Part shown: positions 13,605 through 27,856 of the stretch, piece after piece | How the letters are laid out: every line of letters starts with the position of its first letter | Position numbering within the stretch: position 1 is the stretch's first letter | Assembly: GCF_006345805.1 (NCBI RefSeq) | Contig: NC_043009.1 | Location: 52,576,001 to 52,640,000, forward strand | Length of the DNA: 64,000 nucleotides | Source: Octopus sinensis | Lineage: Eukaryota | Direction of reading: 5' to 3' | The notes under the pieces: model-generated | What the model was told of the DNA's origin: nothing | What the model saw: only the letters and a program-made list of their open reading frames with translations | Database searches by the model: none | Program-made: the position numbers and the translations under genes

Positions 13605-13935
13605 TCGTCTGTCTTTATGTTCTGAGTTCAAATTCCACCGAGGTCGACTTTAGCTTTCATCCTTTCGGGATCGATAAATTAAGTACCAATTGCGTACTGG
13701 GGTCGATCTAATCGAGTGGCCTCCTTCCGCAAAATTTCGGTTCTTGTGCCTAGTGTAGAAAAGAATATGTAAATATCTTTTATATTTCTGAGTTCAAATT
13801 CCGCCGAGGTCAACTTTGCCTTTCATCCTCTCGAAATCTATAAATTAAGTACTAGTTGCGTACTGGAGTCGATCAAATCCAGTGGACCCCTCCTACAAAA
13901 GTTCAGGCCTTGTGCCTAGAGTAAAAAAGTATATG
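13605..13935 (+). mobile_element. Two 5'-truncated Meta-domain-like SINEs in tandem
   Basis: TTCTGAGTTCAAATTCC..CTTTCATCC..TAAATTAAGTAC occurs twice, separated and flanked by TATGTA(G/A)AT. Confidence 0.8.
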
Positions 13936-14295
13936 TAGATCTTTAATATGTAGAACTTTAATATGTGCATGTATGCGTTGATAGTGCCTGTAGTCGTATG
14001 TGATTTTTACGTTTTATAAATGGATTGAAACGAAACAATAGACCCTTAAGTAACTTGCATAACTTCATAGGTAGTAATTAGTATATTCATACTTTTCGTT
14101 ATACATTGAGACGTCTTCAAAATATGAATGGGAACTAAATCCCTTATGAGCGAGAAACCCAAGGTAACCCCTTAAACCGGCCCCCATTATGATATTAACT
14201 GCACTACACCTCAGTGTGCTTCTCGCCCAGATTTATGTATTTTCTCCATACGATATATACATATATAAGCATATGTATAAATATATATATATATA

Positions 14296-14337
<42 letters not shown>

Positions 14338-14406
14338 GTTGGTGTGTGTGTGTGTGTGTTGTGTGTGTGTGTTTGTGTGTGTGTGTATAAATATATATAT
14401 ATTATA

Positions 14407-14437
<31 letters not shown>

Positions 14438-14657
14438 AGCATCCTAAGTAACCCAACATTTCTCTGCTGCTGGAATCAATGCTGAACTTTATGTATTTGC
14501 TTCTATAATTTTGGAACACAGATATCAAAGAAACATCCTAACATCCCATATCATCATTTATTGTATAAAGGAAACTGTGTGCTTTGACGTGGGTAATGTT
14601 TCTCGATGGTGGTGGTGGCATTCTGGTTTGTTACCGCTTATTTTTCTATGAGTCGTG

Positions 14658-15268
14658 TGGCTGGCTGGCTGGTTGGCTGGTTGGTTGATTGGTTGGTTGG
14701 TTGGTTGGTTGGCTGGTTGGTTGGTTGGTTGGTTGATTGGTTGGCTGGTTGGCAGGTTGGTTAGTTTGCTGGTTGGTTGATTGGTTGGATGGCTGGTAGG
14801 TTGGTTGGTTGGTTGGTTGGTAGGTTGGTTGGTTGGTTGGTGGTGGTTGGTTGGTTGGTTGGTTGGTCGGTTGGTTGGTTGGTTGATTGGCTGGTTGGTT
14901 GATTGGTTGGATGGCTGGTAGGTTGGCAGGCTGGTTGGTTGGCTGGTTGGTTGGTTGGTTGGTTGGTTGTTTGGTTGGTTGTTTGGTTGGTTGGTGGGTT
15001 GGTTGGCTGGTTGGTTGGTTGGTTGGTTGGTTGGTTGGTTGGTTGGTTGGCTGGTTAGTGGGGTGGGTGAGTGGGTGGGTTGCTTGGTTGGTCGGTCGGT
15101 CAGTCAGTTGGTTGGTTGGTCGGTTAGTTAGTTCATTCGCTCGTTGGTTGGTCAGATGTTTATTTTTTAGTTGCATTGTTGGCTGTTGATTGATTTCTTG
15201 GCTGATTGGTTGGTTGGTTGGTTGGTTGGTTGGTTGGTTGGTTGGTTGGTTGGTTGGTTGGTTGGCTG
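14658..15268. repeat. (TTGG)n microsatellite
   Basis: Imperfect tetranucleotide array; explains the PTNQ/WLVG ORFs. Confidence 0.95.
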
Positions 15269-15988
15269 TTTGCTTACTTGCTTGGTTACTCGCATACTTC
15301 AGTGTTTCAATGGTTTTTATCTTTAAGATTTAGACTTGTTTACTGCGCGAAATCAAATTTTGAATATTGATCAAAATAAAAAAAAGAATTGTCCTTTTGT
15401 TTGGTAGAACGACGTTCGATGTTGATGCAGTTTATAATGGTAAGATGTTGTTGTTGTTATTGTTGGTGGTGGTGGTGCTGCTGCTGCTGCTGGTTGTATT
15501 TTTGGTTGTAATGTGAAACCCTGGACATGTCACATCGATCATTTTGTTTTCACTAAAATACGACAATAAGGCGTCATTTGAATCAAATTCAGCTGCTATT
15601 TCTAGCAGCTTGTTTTAGTAGACGGAAGTTTCTGTGGTGACGCGTATGTAAACGATAGGCATTCCCCCAGTTACGCAGGCATTGTGTTCTTGAAATTTTT
15701 GCCTGGACGTGGAATTCTGTAAAGCGAAAAATACTTCTCATTGGTTTCGGTGTTTTCTAACACTGAATTCAATAGAAAGATTGATTTCGCGTTACACGTT
15801 AAGGCATATTTTTTCATAAACCTAACGCTGCTAAATTAAGGACGAAAAAATCAGTAGTTATAAACAAGCAAAGATGATTTTTCAGGTCCTATGTGCTTAA
15901 GGTGTGTGTTTGTGATTTTGTTTGACCTTCAATCGTTTTAGTGCATCTGATGGGAAAAAGGTACCAGAATCATCTTCATGTTCTAGGT

Positions 15989-16350
15989 CAGTGGTTCTCA
16001 ACCGGGGTCCATGTGGCCCCTGAGGATCAATATAAGGTTTGTGAGGGTGGCGGGGTCCACGCAACAAAACAGTAAATTAGGGATCTACAATAGTATTTCA
16101 AGAGCCCCTGAAAAATTTTTCTTTAGTAGTATGTATTGGTATACATTGCAGGCAACAGCTAGGATTCTAAACTTTTACATAGCTCAACCTACATAAGTAA
16201 ATGAGTAAAAAGCAAAGTAGGAATTTTGAAAGAAGTTTCTATAAAACTAGTTTTTTCAAACATCGAATGACAATTGGGGGTCCACTAGAATAAAACAGTA
16301 ACCAAATGGGTCCATTGATAAAATAAAAAAACAATGGTCGAGAACCCCTG
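15989..16350. mobile_element. Non-autonomous hAT (Charlie-like) MITE
   Basis: TIRs CAGTGGTTCTCAACC / GGTCGAGAACCCCTG; 8-bp TSD TTCTAGGT (15981-15988) / TTCTAGAT (16351-16358), matching the NTCTAGAN target preference. Confidence 0.9.
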
Positions 16351-16394
16351 TTCTAGATTGAAAGTGATAATATTTTTCTTCCTCTATTATCTAT

Positions 16395-16604
16395 ACTCTT
16401 TTACTTGTTTCAGTCATCTGACTGCGGCCATGCTGGAGCACCGCCTTTAATCGAGCAACTCGACCCCGGGACTTATTCTTTGTAAGCCCAGTACTTATTC
16501 TATCGGTCTCTTTTGCCGAACCGCTAAGTGACGGAGACATAAACACACCAGCATCGGTTGCCAAGCAATGCTAGGGGGACAAATACAAACACACAAACAT
16601 GCAT

Positions 16605-16635
<31 letters not shown>

Positions 16636-16806
16636 CATATATACGACGGGCTTCTTTCAGTTTCCGTCTACCAAATCCACTCACAAGGCTTTGGTCGGCC
16701 CGAGGCTATAGCAGAAGACACTTGCCCAAGGTGCCACGCAGTGGGACTGAACCCGGAACCATGTGGTTGGTAAGCAAGCTACTTACCACACAGCTACTCC
16801 TGCGCC
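16395..16806 (-). mobile_element. CORE-like SINE with internal microsatellite
   Basis: Reverse-complement copy of 2330-2746. Confidence 0.88.
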
Positions 16807-17039
16807 TTGTGTAGTCTTTTGTGTAGTCTTTTAATAATTTATTGCTGTTGTCTCGGCTTTTAGTGACATTTGGCATCAGGTTCTCGACCTATTTTATCAG
16901 GTTCACTAAATCCGTTGCGTAATTTGGTTTTGTTTTCTTTTTGTATTTTATACTATTTCATCCCAAACAAAGCTTGAAGACACTGTAGCGTAAAGAACAA
17001 CAGATAAAGAAAAGGATGGGCTTTCGAATTCAAAAGATG

Positions 17040-17448
17040 CCAATTGACAGAAAGCTCAAGGAACTAAAAGTATCATAGGTCAGGGGAAAATAAGACGATG
17101 ATGATGAGTTCCAGACAACAGCAGTTTGTACAAAAAAGCGATTAAAATGAAATAACTTATGACCAACCGGATGTAGACTAGAGAAATGATGCGACGAAAA
17201 AGAGAATCAAAAGACACGTTTAAAAGTTATGCAAGAAGGTCCTAGGCTAGAAAGTTCATAAGAACAGTGACCGTTGAAATACCGAAAAACCAGGATAAAA
17301 ATGCATTCCGATGATGTGCCAAAAGCTCCAACCTAGAAAAAAGAAGAGGTCCACCGTGTTAAGAACTCTACTCTGAATTCGATCGAGCAAGTTAAGACAC
17401 TCAGCTGAGGTCCAACCCGAAGATGACAGCAATATTCAATGGAAGGTG
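17040..17448 (-). mobile_element. Degenerate CR1/L2/Jockey-group LINE RT C-terminal fragment
   Basis: Minus strand PSIEYCCHL.., LLDRIQSR and FRYFNGHCSYELSSL across frames. Confidence 0.6.
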
Positions 17449-18331
17449 GGTTGTTTTTGTTTTGTTTTTTGTTGTTTTTTGTTGTTTTTTTTATTATCTT
17501 ACGTGATATGTTTCTTTCAGAAAGGAGAGATCTGACAACAAGCATTCTTTTAAATGAATGCATTACAGTGTCTATGTTGACGATTGCAATTATTGTATGA
17601 ACTGTGATTCTCGTTCATGGTGGAACTGGTTCGATCAGGATTGTATTGAACTTTCTAAAAGTGTTTTCGTTTTCGCATTGTTGTGTGAGTGAGATGCTAT
17701 GATGATTAGTAGGCGATGAGAAAAGAGTTCCGAGATTGTTTACCGCATAGCTAGCCTAGGTGGAGAAGGAGATGTCCGTCGAAGAGTTGATATGAGGTTT
17801 TTGTTGGGGTAACAAAAGATACAAATTTTTAATCCACTGAAAGACCGCCATAACGAGAAACTAGTGGCTGAGATAAAGTGAGTCACCAGCTTCAAACGAA
17901 TGAATATAATCTACAGCAATCTTTCTCTCGTGTATATATATCCATGAATGATCGCACGCGCCTACGTATGCTATGTGTATACATGCATATACGTACATAC
18001 ATACGTGCATATAAATATATAATTCATTCAAATGCTCAATTCGTGTGTTTTCGTAACAGAACGTAGAGTGTTATCATGCCTCTGTGTGTATGTGCGTGTA
18101 TGTATATATGCGTGCGAGTGTGTGTTCAGGAGTTTTAGTATAAAGTCTATCAGGTGACATACTATCGGTTTGTAAGTTGTCTCAATAAGAAGTCTGTCTG
18201 AAAGAGAGAAAACGAAGATTGAGAGGCAGACAAAGAGACAGACAGATATAGAGAGATATTGATAGCGAGAGATACAGAGAGACAGACAGACAGATAGATA
18301 GATAGATAAATAGGTAGACAGACAGATAGAT

Positions 18332-18400
<69 letters not shown>

Positions 18401-18468
18401 CATACATAGATAGATACATAGATACATAGATAGATACATAAATAGATACATAGATGATAGATAGATTC

Positions 18469-18521
<53 letters not shown>

Positions 18522-18522
18522 C

Positions 18523-18554
<32 letters not shown>

Positions 18555-18770
18555 TGATAGATACATGCATACATACAAACATACATACAGACAGACAGAG
18601 ACGACTATTTTGTCTGCCTAAAGACTGTAAGTCTGGAAAAGACACAAATCGATAAATGTGCAAATATAGAGATTGATTGTATGATGATTTTGGTATACGT
18701 ATGTATGTGTGTATAGGTATGCATGCATATATACATGCCTGTATAATGTATGTGTATGCACATATGCATA

Positions 18771-18832
<62 letters not shown>

Positions 18833-19140
18833 ATATATATAGATATATGGATATATTTATGCATATGTATACAAATATATATAAGTAATATATGTATATA
18901 TATATATATATTCATGTCAATATATCTGTGTGTAAAATATATATATATATGTAACATATATACATATATACATATATATATATATAGAAAGATAGATACA
19001 TAATACGTAATTTCATACATACATAAATACATACATATATATATATATATATGCGTGTATATATGTGCGTGTGTAATATATATGTATGTATATATATGTA
19101 TGTACGTATTATATAATATATATATATATATATTATGTGT

Positions 19141-19180
<40 letters not shown>

Positions 19181-19640
19181 ATATATATATATATATATAC
19201 ATACTAGTACATAATGCATACGTAAATATATACATAACGATATACAAGCGTAAGAATTTGTATATGTATACAAGTGTGTGTGCATGTATGTGTATGTGTA
19301 TGAAGGTGTGTGTGTGTCTGTGTGTCTGGGTCTTATGTGACTAGGTGTGTGCTTGTGTGTGTAGAAAAACAGCGAGAGCGAGAGAAAGTGAAAGTGAATG
19401 AAAGAAAGGAGAGAGATAAAGAGATAACTTTACGAAATCGAAGGTAACGACAACACATCGTTTTTGTTGTTGTTTACTCTTCACTATTATTTAGTTACAA
19501 CGGTTGCTATTGCTGCTGCTGCTGCATGCTACTACTGCGATTGCTTGCCGCTGCTGATGCTGCTTCTGGTGCTAGAGATGCTCTTACTTTTATCACCCTT
19601 TTGTAAATGTCATCGCATTTCTGGCAACAACAACAACAGC

Positions 19641-19732
<92 letters not shown>

Positions 19733-19913
19733 TAGCAGCAGCAGCAGCAGCGGTCGTTGTGGTAATAGCAATAGTAAAATAATATAATAATAATAATACA
19801 TAATAATAATAATAATAGTAATAGTAATATAATATAATAATAATAATAATAGTAATAGTAATAATAATAATAATAATAATAATATACTATAATAATAATA
19901 ATATAAAATAATG

Positions 19914-19948
<35 letters not shown>

Positions 19949-20630
19949 CATAATAATAATATATAATAAGAATAATAATATAATAATAATAATCATAATA
20001 ATAATAATAATAATAATAATAATATAATAATAATAATAAAACAACAAAACAACACAGCAATAACAACAATAAAAGAAAAATAATAATGCTTTTGCTATTG
20101 TTGTTCTGGTTCTTATTTCTGCTGCTTCTGCTTGTGCTGCTGCTGCTGCCGTTCTTATTTGGTTGTTGTTGTTGTTGTTGTTGTTGTGTGTGCGTGTGTG
20201 TATGTGTGTGTATGTGAATACAGACTTCGGTGTCCGATTGACACAGTTGTTGGGAGGCAGACAACGATGCTCTACTATTCTGTTGCTTTTGATGTAAAGC
20301 GATATAAGTTAATTGACAATTCAATAGCGCAATTTTACCCCAGTTTTCCCAAAACGTTTTCTTAGCGACGACGCTAACACACATTTACGTGCAAAGCATT
20401 GTAGAACTGTTACTATCGACTAGAAGCAACAATGCATTTATACATACATACACACATATGTATGTAGGTATGTATATGTATATATATATATTGTATGTGT
20501 ATATATATATATATAATATATATATATATATATTAGATATGCGTATGTGTATATATATATTTATATATAATATAGATATGTAGATATATATATATATGTG
20601 TGTGTGTGTATGTATATATATATATATATG

Positions 20631-20669
<39 letters not shown>

Positions 20670-20887
20670 AATATAATATATATATATACAATAAATATAT
20701 AATATATATATAATATATATCTCATTAATTCATACGTATGCATGTATGTGTATATATATATTATGTAAGGTTACCAGACACAACGACTACAACAATAATT
20801 GTTTGACTATCAATAGTATACGCACTTGTTTTATACGTTGTAATACTTATATAAATAGATGTCTTACCTTTAGGAACGCGTAGTGTT

Positions 20888-20947
<60 letters not shown>

Positions 20948-21507
20948 TGTATGTATGTATGTATGTATGTATGTATGTATGTATGTATGTATGAATGAAT
21001 GAATGTATATAATATATACGTAGGTACGTAGATGTAGATAACTAGATAGATTTTTTTTGCCTTCTACCATCTGTAGCATTTATATTTTACCAAACATCTA
21101 AAAATCTAGATACGTATATTTTCTTTTATTTTTCAAGCAGTAACACATACGTACGTCTTTTACAGTTCATCAGCTGTAATACATATTCATACATCACCTC
21201 CGTTATATTTTACCATTTGGGGCACATACATACATTTCACCAGTTACAATTCATTAACTCAAACAAATATATGTCAGTTACTTTTTACCAGTTGTAACGG
21301 TATTTACATCTTCTCCGTTACATGGTTAGACTTTCCGACTGGATTCTCAAATGTGATCAACTGAGACAACTGATACTGTCCAACCACTTCGTTCTTGGTC
21401 TACTTCAGGGTTTCTTGCCACATAGCTTGGTTCGTGTCACATGGCTTGGTTTGAAAAGTGCATCTTGCAATTCTTTCCTGCAACATTTTAAATACTTACA
21501 AGTACTT

Positions 21508-21838
21508 AGTCCGGCTCAGTGGTTAGAGCGTCGGGCTCGCAACCATGAGGTAGTGATTTCAATTCCCGGACTGGGCTGTGTTGTGTTCTTGAGCAAGATA
21601 CTTTGTTTTACGTTGCCCCCACTTCACTCAGCTATAAGAAATGAGTTGCGACGTCACTGGTACCAACTGTATCGGCCTTTGCCTTTCTCTTGGACAACAT
21701 CAGTTGAGAGAAGTCGCTGGTATGCATGAGCGACTGCTGGTCTTCCATAAACAACATTGACCGGATTGTGCCCTGGAGGGGAACTTTCTAGATATAATTT
21801 CATGATCATTCATGACCGAAAGGAGTCTTTACCCTCTT
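21508..21838 (+). mobile_element. tRNA-headed CORE-like SINE (further family)
   Basis: GGCTCAGTGGTTAGAGCG A box, TTCAATTCCC B box, TTCTTGAGCAAGATACTT CORE-like segment; part of the body recurs inverted at 23680-23788. Confidence 0.7.
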
Positions 21839-21844
21839 ACTTAG

Positions 21845-21950
21845 TCCATCGTACCGGAGCTGAGACCTCTCGATATGGAGTAGTAATGGCTTGACCTGGA
21901 GAGACTCACTGATCTCTGAGCTACTTACCCTGTCAACTAACGTTACTTGA
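21845..21950 (-). mobile_element. RTE-like LINE RT fragment
   Basis: VTLVDRVSSSEISESLQVKPLLLHIERSQLRYDG resembles the RTE C-terminal motif (..EPLLL.IERSQLRW.GH). Confidence 0.7.
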
Positions 21951-22770
21951 TATTTCGGAGGAAACCAATTTTCGCCGCTTGTATTCGTGATTGTAAGTTT
22001 TCGATCATTGCCCAACATCCATGACGATGAGAGAGGATAGGCACAAAAGCATACATACAATGGGAGTTTGTTTGTTACCTACATTCCAAACATGGAGCTT
22101 TGTATATTTGCTACAAACTAGCTCCTTCCTCACAGGAAGGTTTAAAACCAGTACAGAATATACATATTGTTGATGTTGAAATTCCAATGAAGGATCCTTG
22201 GATCTAGGTTAGAAACCGGCTCTTTCTCTATTGGCAAGAAATCTTGAAATAAAACTGAATAATGACATGCATACATACATGCACACACACACACACACAT
22301 ACATACATGCATACATACATACATACATTCATACATACATACATACATACATACATACATACATACATACATACATACATACATACATACATTCATACAT
22401 ACATACATACATGCATACATACATACATACATACATACATACATACATACATACATACATACATACATACATACATACAACAAGTTATCGAATGATCTTT
22501 TATATAAGCACCCAACTAATAATTGCAAAAAAAATAAAAGCAATTTCATTTCCGTTTTGAATAGTGGAAAGTTACATTGATCAATGTAGTGATTGGTATG
22601 GGTTCAGTACAGGACAGGGTTGGAATGGATATGATCAAAGACCACCTAGATCACATCTGATCTGGAGTTAAGCAACAACAGCAGGTAGGTTTGACGTCAG
22701 AGAAAAACAAACCGTCAGCCATTGTGACAGCCAGCCAGCCAGCCACTTACCCAGTTACTGACCCCAGCAT

Positions 22771-23021
22771 GGTAAAGGTAAAGTTACTTTCTAGAGTCAT
22801 ACTGATTCATAAGGGCCGGTTTCGTGGGGTATATATTCCCCACCTGGACGGGACGCCGGTCCGTCGCAGGATTACTCATTTTTGCCAGCGAAGTGGACTG
22901 CAGCAACATGAAATGAAGTATTTTGCTCAAGAACACAACGCGTCGCTCAGTCCTGGAATCGAAATCCACAACCTTACGATCATGAGTCCAACACCTTAAC
23001 CACTAAGCCACGCGCCTCCAC
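22771..23021 (-). mobile_element. tRNA-headed SINE with V-domain-like body and (CTTTAC)n tail
   Basis: Minus strand GGCGCGTGGCTTAGTGGTTAAG..TTTCGATTCC, CCTGCGACGGACCGGCGTCCCGTCCAGG, ends ACTTTACCTTTACC; homologous to 48440-48705. Confidence 0.75.
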
Positions 23022-23612
23022 TCACCCAAACATGGCCGCAGTCCAATAACTGAAGCTATTAAAGACCGAATCTGATAGATATTAGATATAACTTGAAACC
23101 ATACATTTTTATAATAGAAATATGACATTTGAAGGGCATGTGTGTATACGTGTGAATATATATCCATGTATGAATGCAGCTGGATGTGTATTTTTGAACA
23201 GAGTAAAATCTGTGTCTGAGTTCATATTTATTATTCATATATCTCTAGATAAAAAGATAGCTCGAGTTGAACTTCAACAAAATGAACATAAAATTAAAAT
23301 TATAAGATCAGAAATACGATTTTATTCTTACCCATGTTTGTCACATTTTCTGACAAAAGATAACTTTAAAAAGAAAATACTATGCTAACTAACATAATTT
23401 TTCGGAATAAATTATTTTTCAAATTCGTTATGCAGTCTTCATTGCAATGCTTGGCTTGAGGATACAAAATATTCTTAGGTTTTCTATCAGGAGCTGAAAA
23501 CGACAAACTTCTGCTGTTTAAACCGCCAGTAAAAACAGCGTACATTTGACCATGGGTAAACCCAACGCGATTCCAAAGTGATACCAGGAACTCAGAGACT
23601 TTGTTCTTATAC

Positions 23613-23972
23613 CTATTTCTTTACTACCCACAAGGGGCTAAAACACAGAGAGTGGGTAGATAAGAGAGAAATATAATTGAAATTGCATCTAGAAAGTTGC
23701 CCTTCAAGGCACAGTCCGGTCAAGGTTGTTTATGGAAGACCAGTCACTCATGCATACCAGACACCCCTCTCCACTGATGTTATCCAAGAACAGACAAACG
23801 GATTGAGTCGATTACATCGACCCCAGTGTGTAACTGGTACTTACTTAATCGACCCCGAAAGGATGAAAGGCAAAGTCGACCTCGGCGGAATTTGAACTCA
23901 GAACGTAGCGACAGACGAAATACTGCTGATCATTTCGCCCGGCGTGCTAACGGTTCTGCCAGCTCGCCGCCT
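23613..23972 (-). mobile_element. Meta-domain-like SINE with internal foreign insert
   Basis: Full element with imperfect TSD TTGTTCTTATACCT / TTGTCCTTATGCCT; ~23652-23788 replaces a short internal segment. Confidence 0.8.
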
Positions 23973-24920
23973 TATTTTGTCCTTATGCCTTCTTTCTTAT
24001 AGCGAACGTAAGTTTGTAGTCGTTTACACTTGAAACGCACAGCAGTCAAGATCAAAGAACTTTATCCAATGTAGACATCTTCAGTCTTGGCATAATCTAT
24101 CAAAATTCCTTCTTCAATGATGTGTAGGGGCATTTTCTTTGGTAACCTGGCGACTAACGTTGCAAAATCGGGGGCGGAGAGTGTACATCTATTACTTCCC
24201 TTCTAATTATATTTCTCTCTTATCTACTCACTCTCTGTCGCTTTATCTCGCTTTTTTCTCAGACGCACATAAACATATGAACTTTACGGGAGGGAGTATC
24301 TGTGTGGTGCTTGATCTGCTAGGAATAGCAGCCAGATTTTCCCCAAATCCCGCCATAATGTTTTGTTTTTTACTTATTTCAACCATCAGACTGTGGCCAG
24401 GCTGAAGCACTGCTTTGAAAAAATTTTAGTCGAATGAATCGATCTCTGGTATTTATTCGATTGGTCTCCTTGTCGAACCACTAGATTGCGTGGATGTAAA
24501 CACACCAGCACCGGTTATTTAGCAGTGGTGGATGTCAGTAACATTAAGTTTCAAATGTAAGGATCGTACTACGTTAAATTGTCAACTACTGAAGTTCGAA
24601 ATGTATTTTAGTGAATGTGTTTGTGCGTGAAGACATCTAAATAATGTCTTTGTATACGATATTTGTTTTAAATATTTATTTTATTTCAGTAAAAATTTGT
24701 TCATCAATTTTTTGCGTTATATTTTGTGATAGTATTTGTGTCAAAATTTAATGTATATCTATGTGACTTGGTAACTGACACTTTTATATGAAACTAGGGC
24801 TAACGTACGCCGAAACTATTTCACATTTTATATGTTAGATACATGAAATTACGAATATTCGTTAAATTGATTTTAAAAAATCTTCAATGCGAACCTCTTC
24901 CTAGAGAAAATATTTTAATT

Positions 24921-25161
24921 TAATCGCAAGAGAACAATAAAACAAAAGAAAACAACAATAAATAGAAATATCTAAGAAATATAACATAATTCTGAATTTG
25001 AAGACTGTGTCTTCCTGTTTAATATATTTGCATACACATTGTCTTTGACTGGCTTAATATCACCATGCAGTTTACTTGTCGTGTGTTTCTATGTAGTCGC
25101 TTCAACTGCTAAGAAAAGCAGAGATGTTTTCCTTGGATTTCGTCATCGTACTTATTTTCTT
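24921..25161 (+). repeat. ~240-bp segment duplicated at 27856-28101
   Basis: TAATCGCAAGAGAACAATAAAA ... CGTCATCGTACTTATTTTCT is collinear in both places. Confidence 0.9.
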
Positions 25162-26281
25162 TAAAATTAAAGCTCTCTCACGTGAATTTTACAAGTTTGA
25201 ACATTTTTATTTTAATGCAATTTAATGAAAACCAAGACCTTTGTTTTACGAACAATATCAATGTTGAATTAGTTTTAATTCACTTTTATCACTCTTGAAA
25301 ACAATATCCTATTTTTCGTTTTTGTTTTAACATTGACTACTCGCTAGTTAAATAGACTATTTTCTATTTTAATGGATGACTATTGAATATCGTATTAAAT
25401 TAACAATTTTAACCAATGTACAGATCAGCCACACACACATACTTACGTACACAAATACATATAAATATGTTTATTAATGGATACGTGAATGCATTTATTA
25501 GCAAAATTTTTACACTGAGATACATTTTGAAAACTTTCTGCTGGTAACCCTGTAGTAGTAAGCAAAATTCCCTGTGAATCCTTACGATAGATATATTTAT
25601 TTTTCCAGTACCATGATTTAGAAGTTGTTTGATATGGGTGGGAATCGGATATTTTTATTATATTTATTTCCTTTCCTTATTAACGAGTAAACGTGCTGAT
25701 ATTTGGGTGAGATTGTGTGAATTGGGTGTATTCTCTCTCATATTTATTAAAATAAAGATTTTGTTCCAAAACGGTTAATTTCACTTTAGCAGAATATCGA
25801 AAAGAAAACATTTAGGCCGTTCTTCTTCATGCTCCACCTAAATAATGTTGAATGTAAGATAGACAGATACATACATACATACATACATACATACATACAT
25901 ACATACATACATACATACATACATACATACATACATACATACATACATACATACATACATACATACATTATTTTGTCATGTCGAAGGTTTCATTTCATTT
26001 GGACCTCTGAAAATAAATGGAACTCGGATGAATATCTTCAGAGAAGAATATTGATAACCCTAGGTTCTAGAAGGTGATAAGCAGTGGAATAAGACATGTT
26101 ATAACCCTTACATACATTGTATACATACCAATGTATACATACTCCAAACTGTGTCCTCGTGAAAAACATCTTTGTGTGAATACATACGGATAAGAGAGTC
26201 TATATAATTATTTTGCATGTAAACCTTTGTAACTCATATACGGTAATGAAACATGTGTATATGTATGTGTGTGTGCGTGTA

Positions 26282-26330
<49 letters not shown>

Positions 26331-26889
26331 CAGGTATCCTTAGTCATGGTAAATAAATAAGAAGTACTCAATGCGTATATGGATTGGATAGAATAGAATA
26401 AGATAAATTATAATATACAAATAGAAGAGTGAATCAGAAAAAGAAAGGGGGTGATGATTATAGTGTGAAAGAAAGAAACTACTATAAATATATATATATA
26501 AAGAGAGAGAGAGACAAAAAAGAGTAGATTATAAAATAATCACCGCCGTCACTTTCCTATCTCACACACCATCATATACTGAGTATTCAAGTCACCTCAG
26601 ACTAATGGCGCCATATTTTGCAATTAACTTGAAATTATCAAAAGATAAGGTTTTATTGTTATAATTCTTTGCTTTTTCTTGTTTCTTTTCTTTGTTCATT
26701 GATGTATTTCTTTCTCTCCTTTATTTTTTTCTTTTTCTTTGTCTTTCTTCCCTTCCTTTTCATCTCCGACTGTGCCGTTTTTCTTTTACATTCTTCATTT
26801 TTGTTCTTCAACTTTTGCCCTCTCGTCATCGTTTTCTTCTTCTTCTTCTTCTTCTTCTTCTTCTTCTTCTTCTACTGCTTCTTCTTCTA

Positions 26890-26943
<54 letters not shown>

Positions 26944-26949
26944 GTTATT

Positions 26950-27165
26950 AAAGTCAGCGAGCTGGCCGAATGGTTAGCACGCCGGGCGAAGTGTTTAGCG
27001 GTATTTCGCCTGTTGCTACGTTCTCAGTTCAAATTCCACCGAGGTTGACTTTGCCTTTCATCCTATCGGGATCAATAAAATAAGTACCAGTTGAGCATTG
27101 AGGTCGATGTAATCGACTCATCTCCTCCCCACAAATTGCTGCACTTGTGGTAAAATTTGGAATTT
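26950..27165 (+). mobile_element. Meta-domain-like SINE inside an (ATT)n array
   Basis: GCGAGCTGGCCGAATGGTTAGCACGCCGGG..GCCTTTCATCCTATCGGGATCAATAAAATAAGTACCAG, with (ATT)n on both sides. Confidence 0.8.
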
Positions 27166-27174
27166 TCATTATTA

Positions 27175-27207
<33 letters not shown>

Positions 27208-27310
27208 TTTATTATTATTATTATTATCATCATTATTATTATTATCATTATTATTATTATTATTAATATTATTATTATTATTAATATTATCGTTATTATT
27301 ATTATTATTA

Positions 27311-27341
<31 letters not shown>

Positions 27342-27513
27342 CATTATTATTATTATTATTATCATTATCATCATCATTATTATTATTATCATTAGTTTTA
27401 TTATTATTATTATTATATTATTATTATTATTATTATCATTAAGATTATTATTATTATCATTAGTTTTATTATTATTATTATTATTATTATTATCATCATT
27501 ATTATTATTATCA

Positions 27514-27544
<31 letters not shown>

Positions 27545-27561
27545 TTTTATTATCATTATTA

Positions 27562-27653
<92 letters not shown>

Positions 27654-27660
27654 TAAATGA

Positions 27661-27856
27661 TTGATGTTACCCCTCCAGAAAGTAAAGAAACAATACGAAG
27701 AGTGCGACTGTTATCGAATGACCACTATTTCGACATCTCGTGTGTCTTCCACAAGTTCAAAATAAACCTCTCCATCTACTTCATTTTGGTAAATATTTAA
27801 AGGGTTGATGTTTCTCCTCCAGAAAGTAAAGAAACAATAAGAAGAATGCGATTGTT
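27661..27856 (-). mobile_element. ~1.35 copies of a ~144-nt HHR-variant unit (retrozyme/PLE terminal-repeat-like)
   Basis: TTGATGTT..CCTCCAGAAAGTAAAGAAACAATA..TGCGA.TGTT repeats at 27661 and 27805; HHR-like motif on minus strand at 27719-27759. Confidence 0.6.

Noticed and set aside
14646-15189. Mucin-like PTNQ repeat protein
   Set aside because: (TTGG)n microsatellite translation
22175-22235. CCAATGA..GAAACCGG hammerhead-like arrangement before (TACA)n
   Set aside because: Core and stems too degenerate to support from this single copy; could be a decayed PLE terminus
26595-26622. AAAATATGGCG (YY1-like) motif with nearby donor as a first coding exon on the minus strand
   Set aside because: The ATG frame hits TGA after five codons; no other support
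26950-27165. Meta-like SINEs in (ATT)n mobilised by the R4/Dong-like elements
   Set aside because: No shared 3' sequence, and the SINEs lie on the opposite strand of the repeat relative to the R4-like copies
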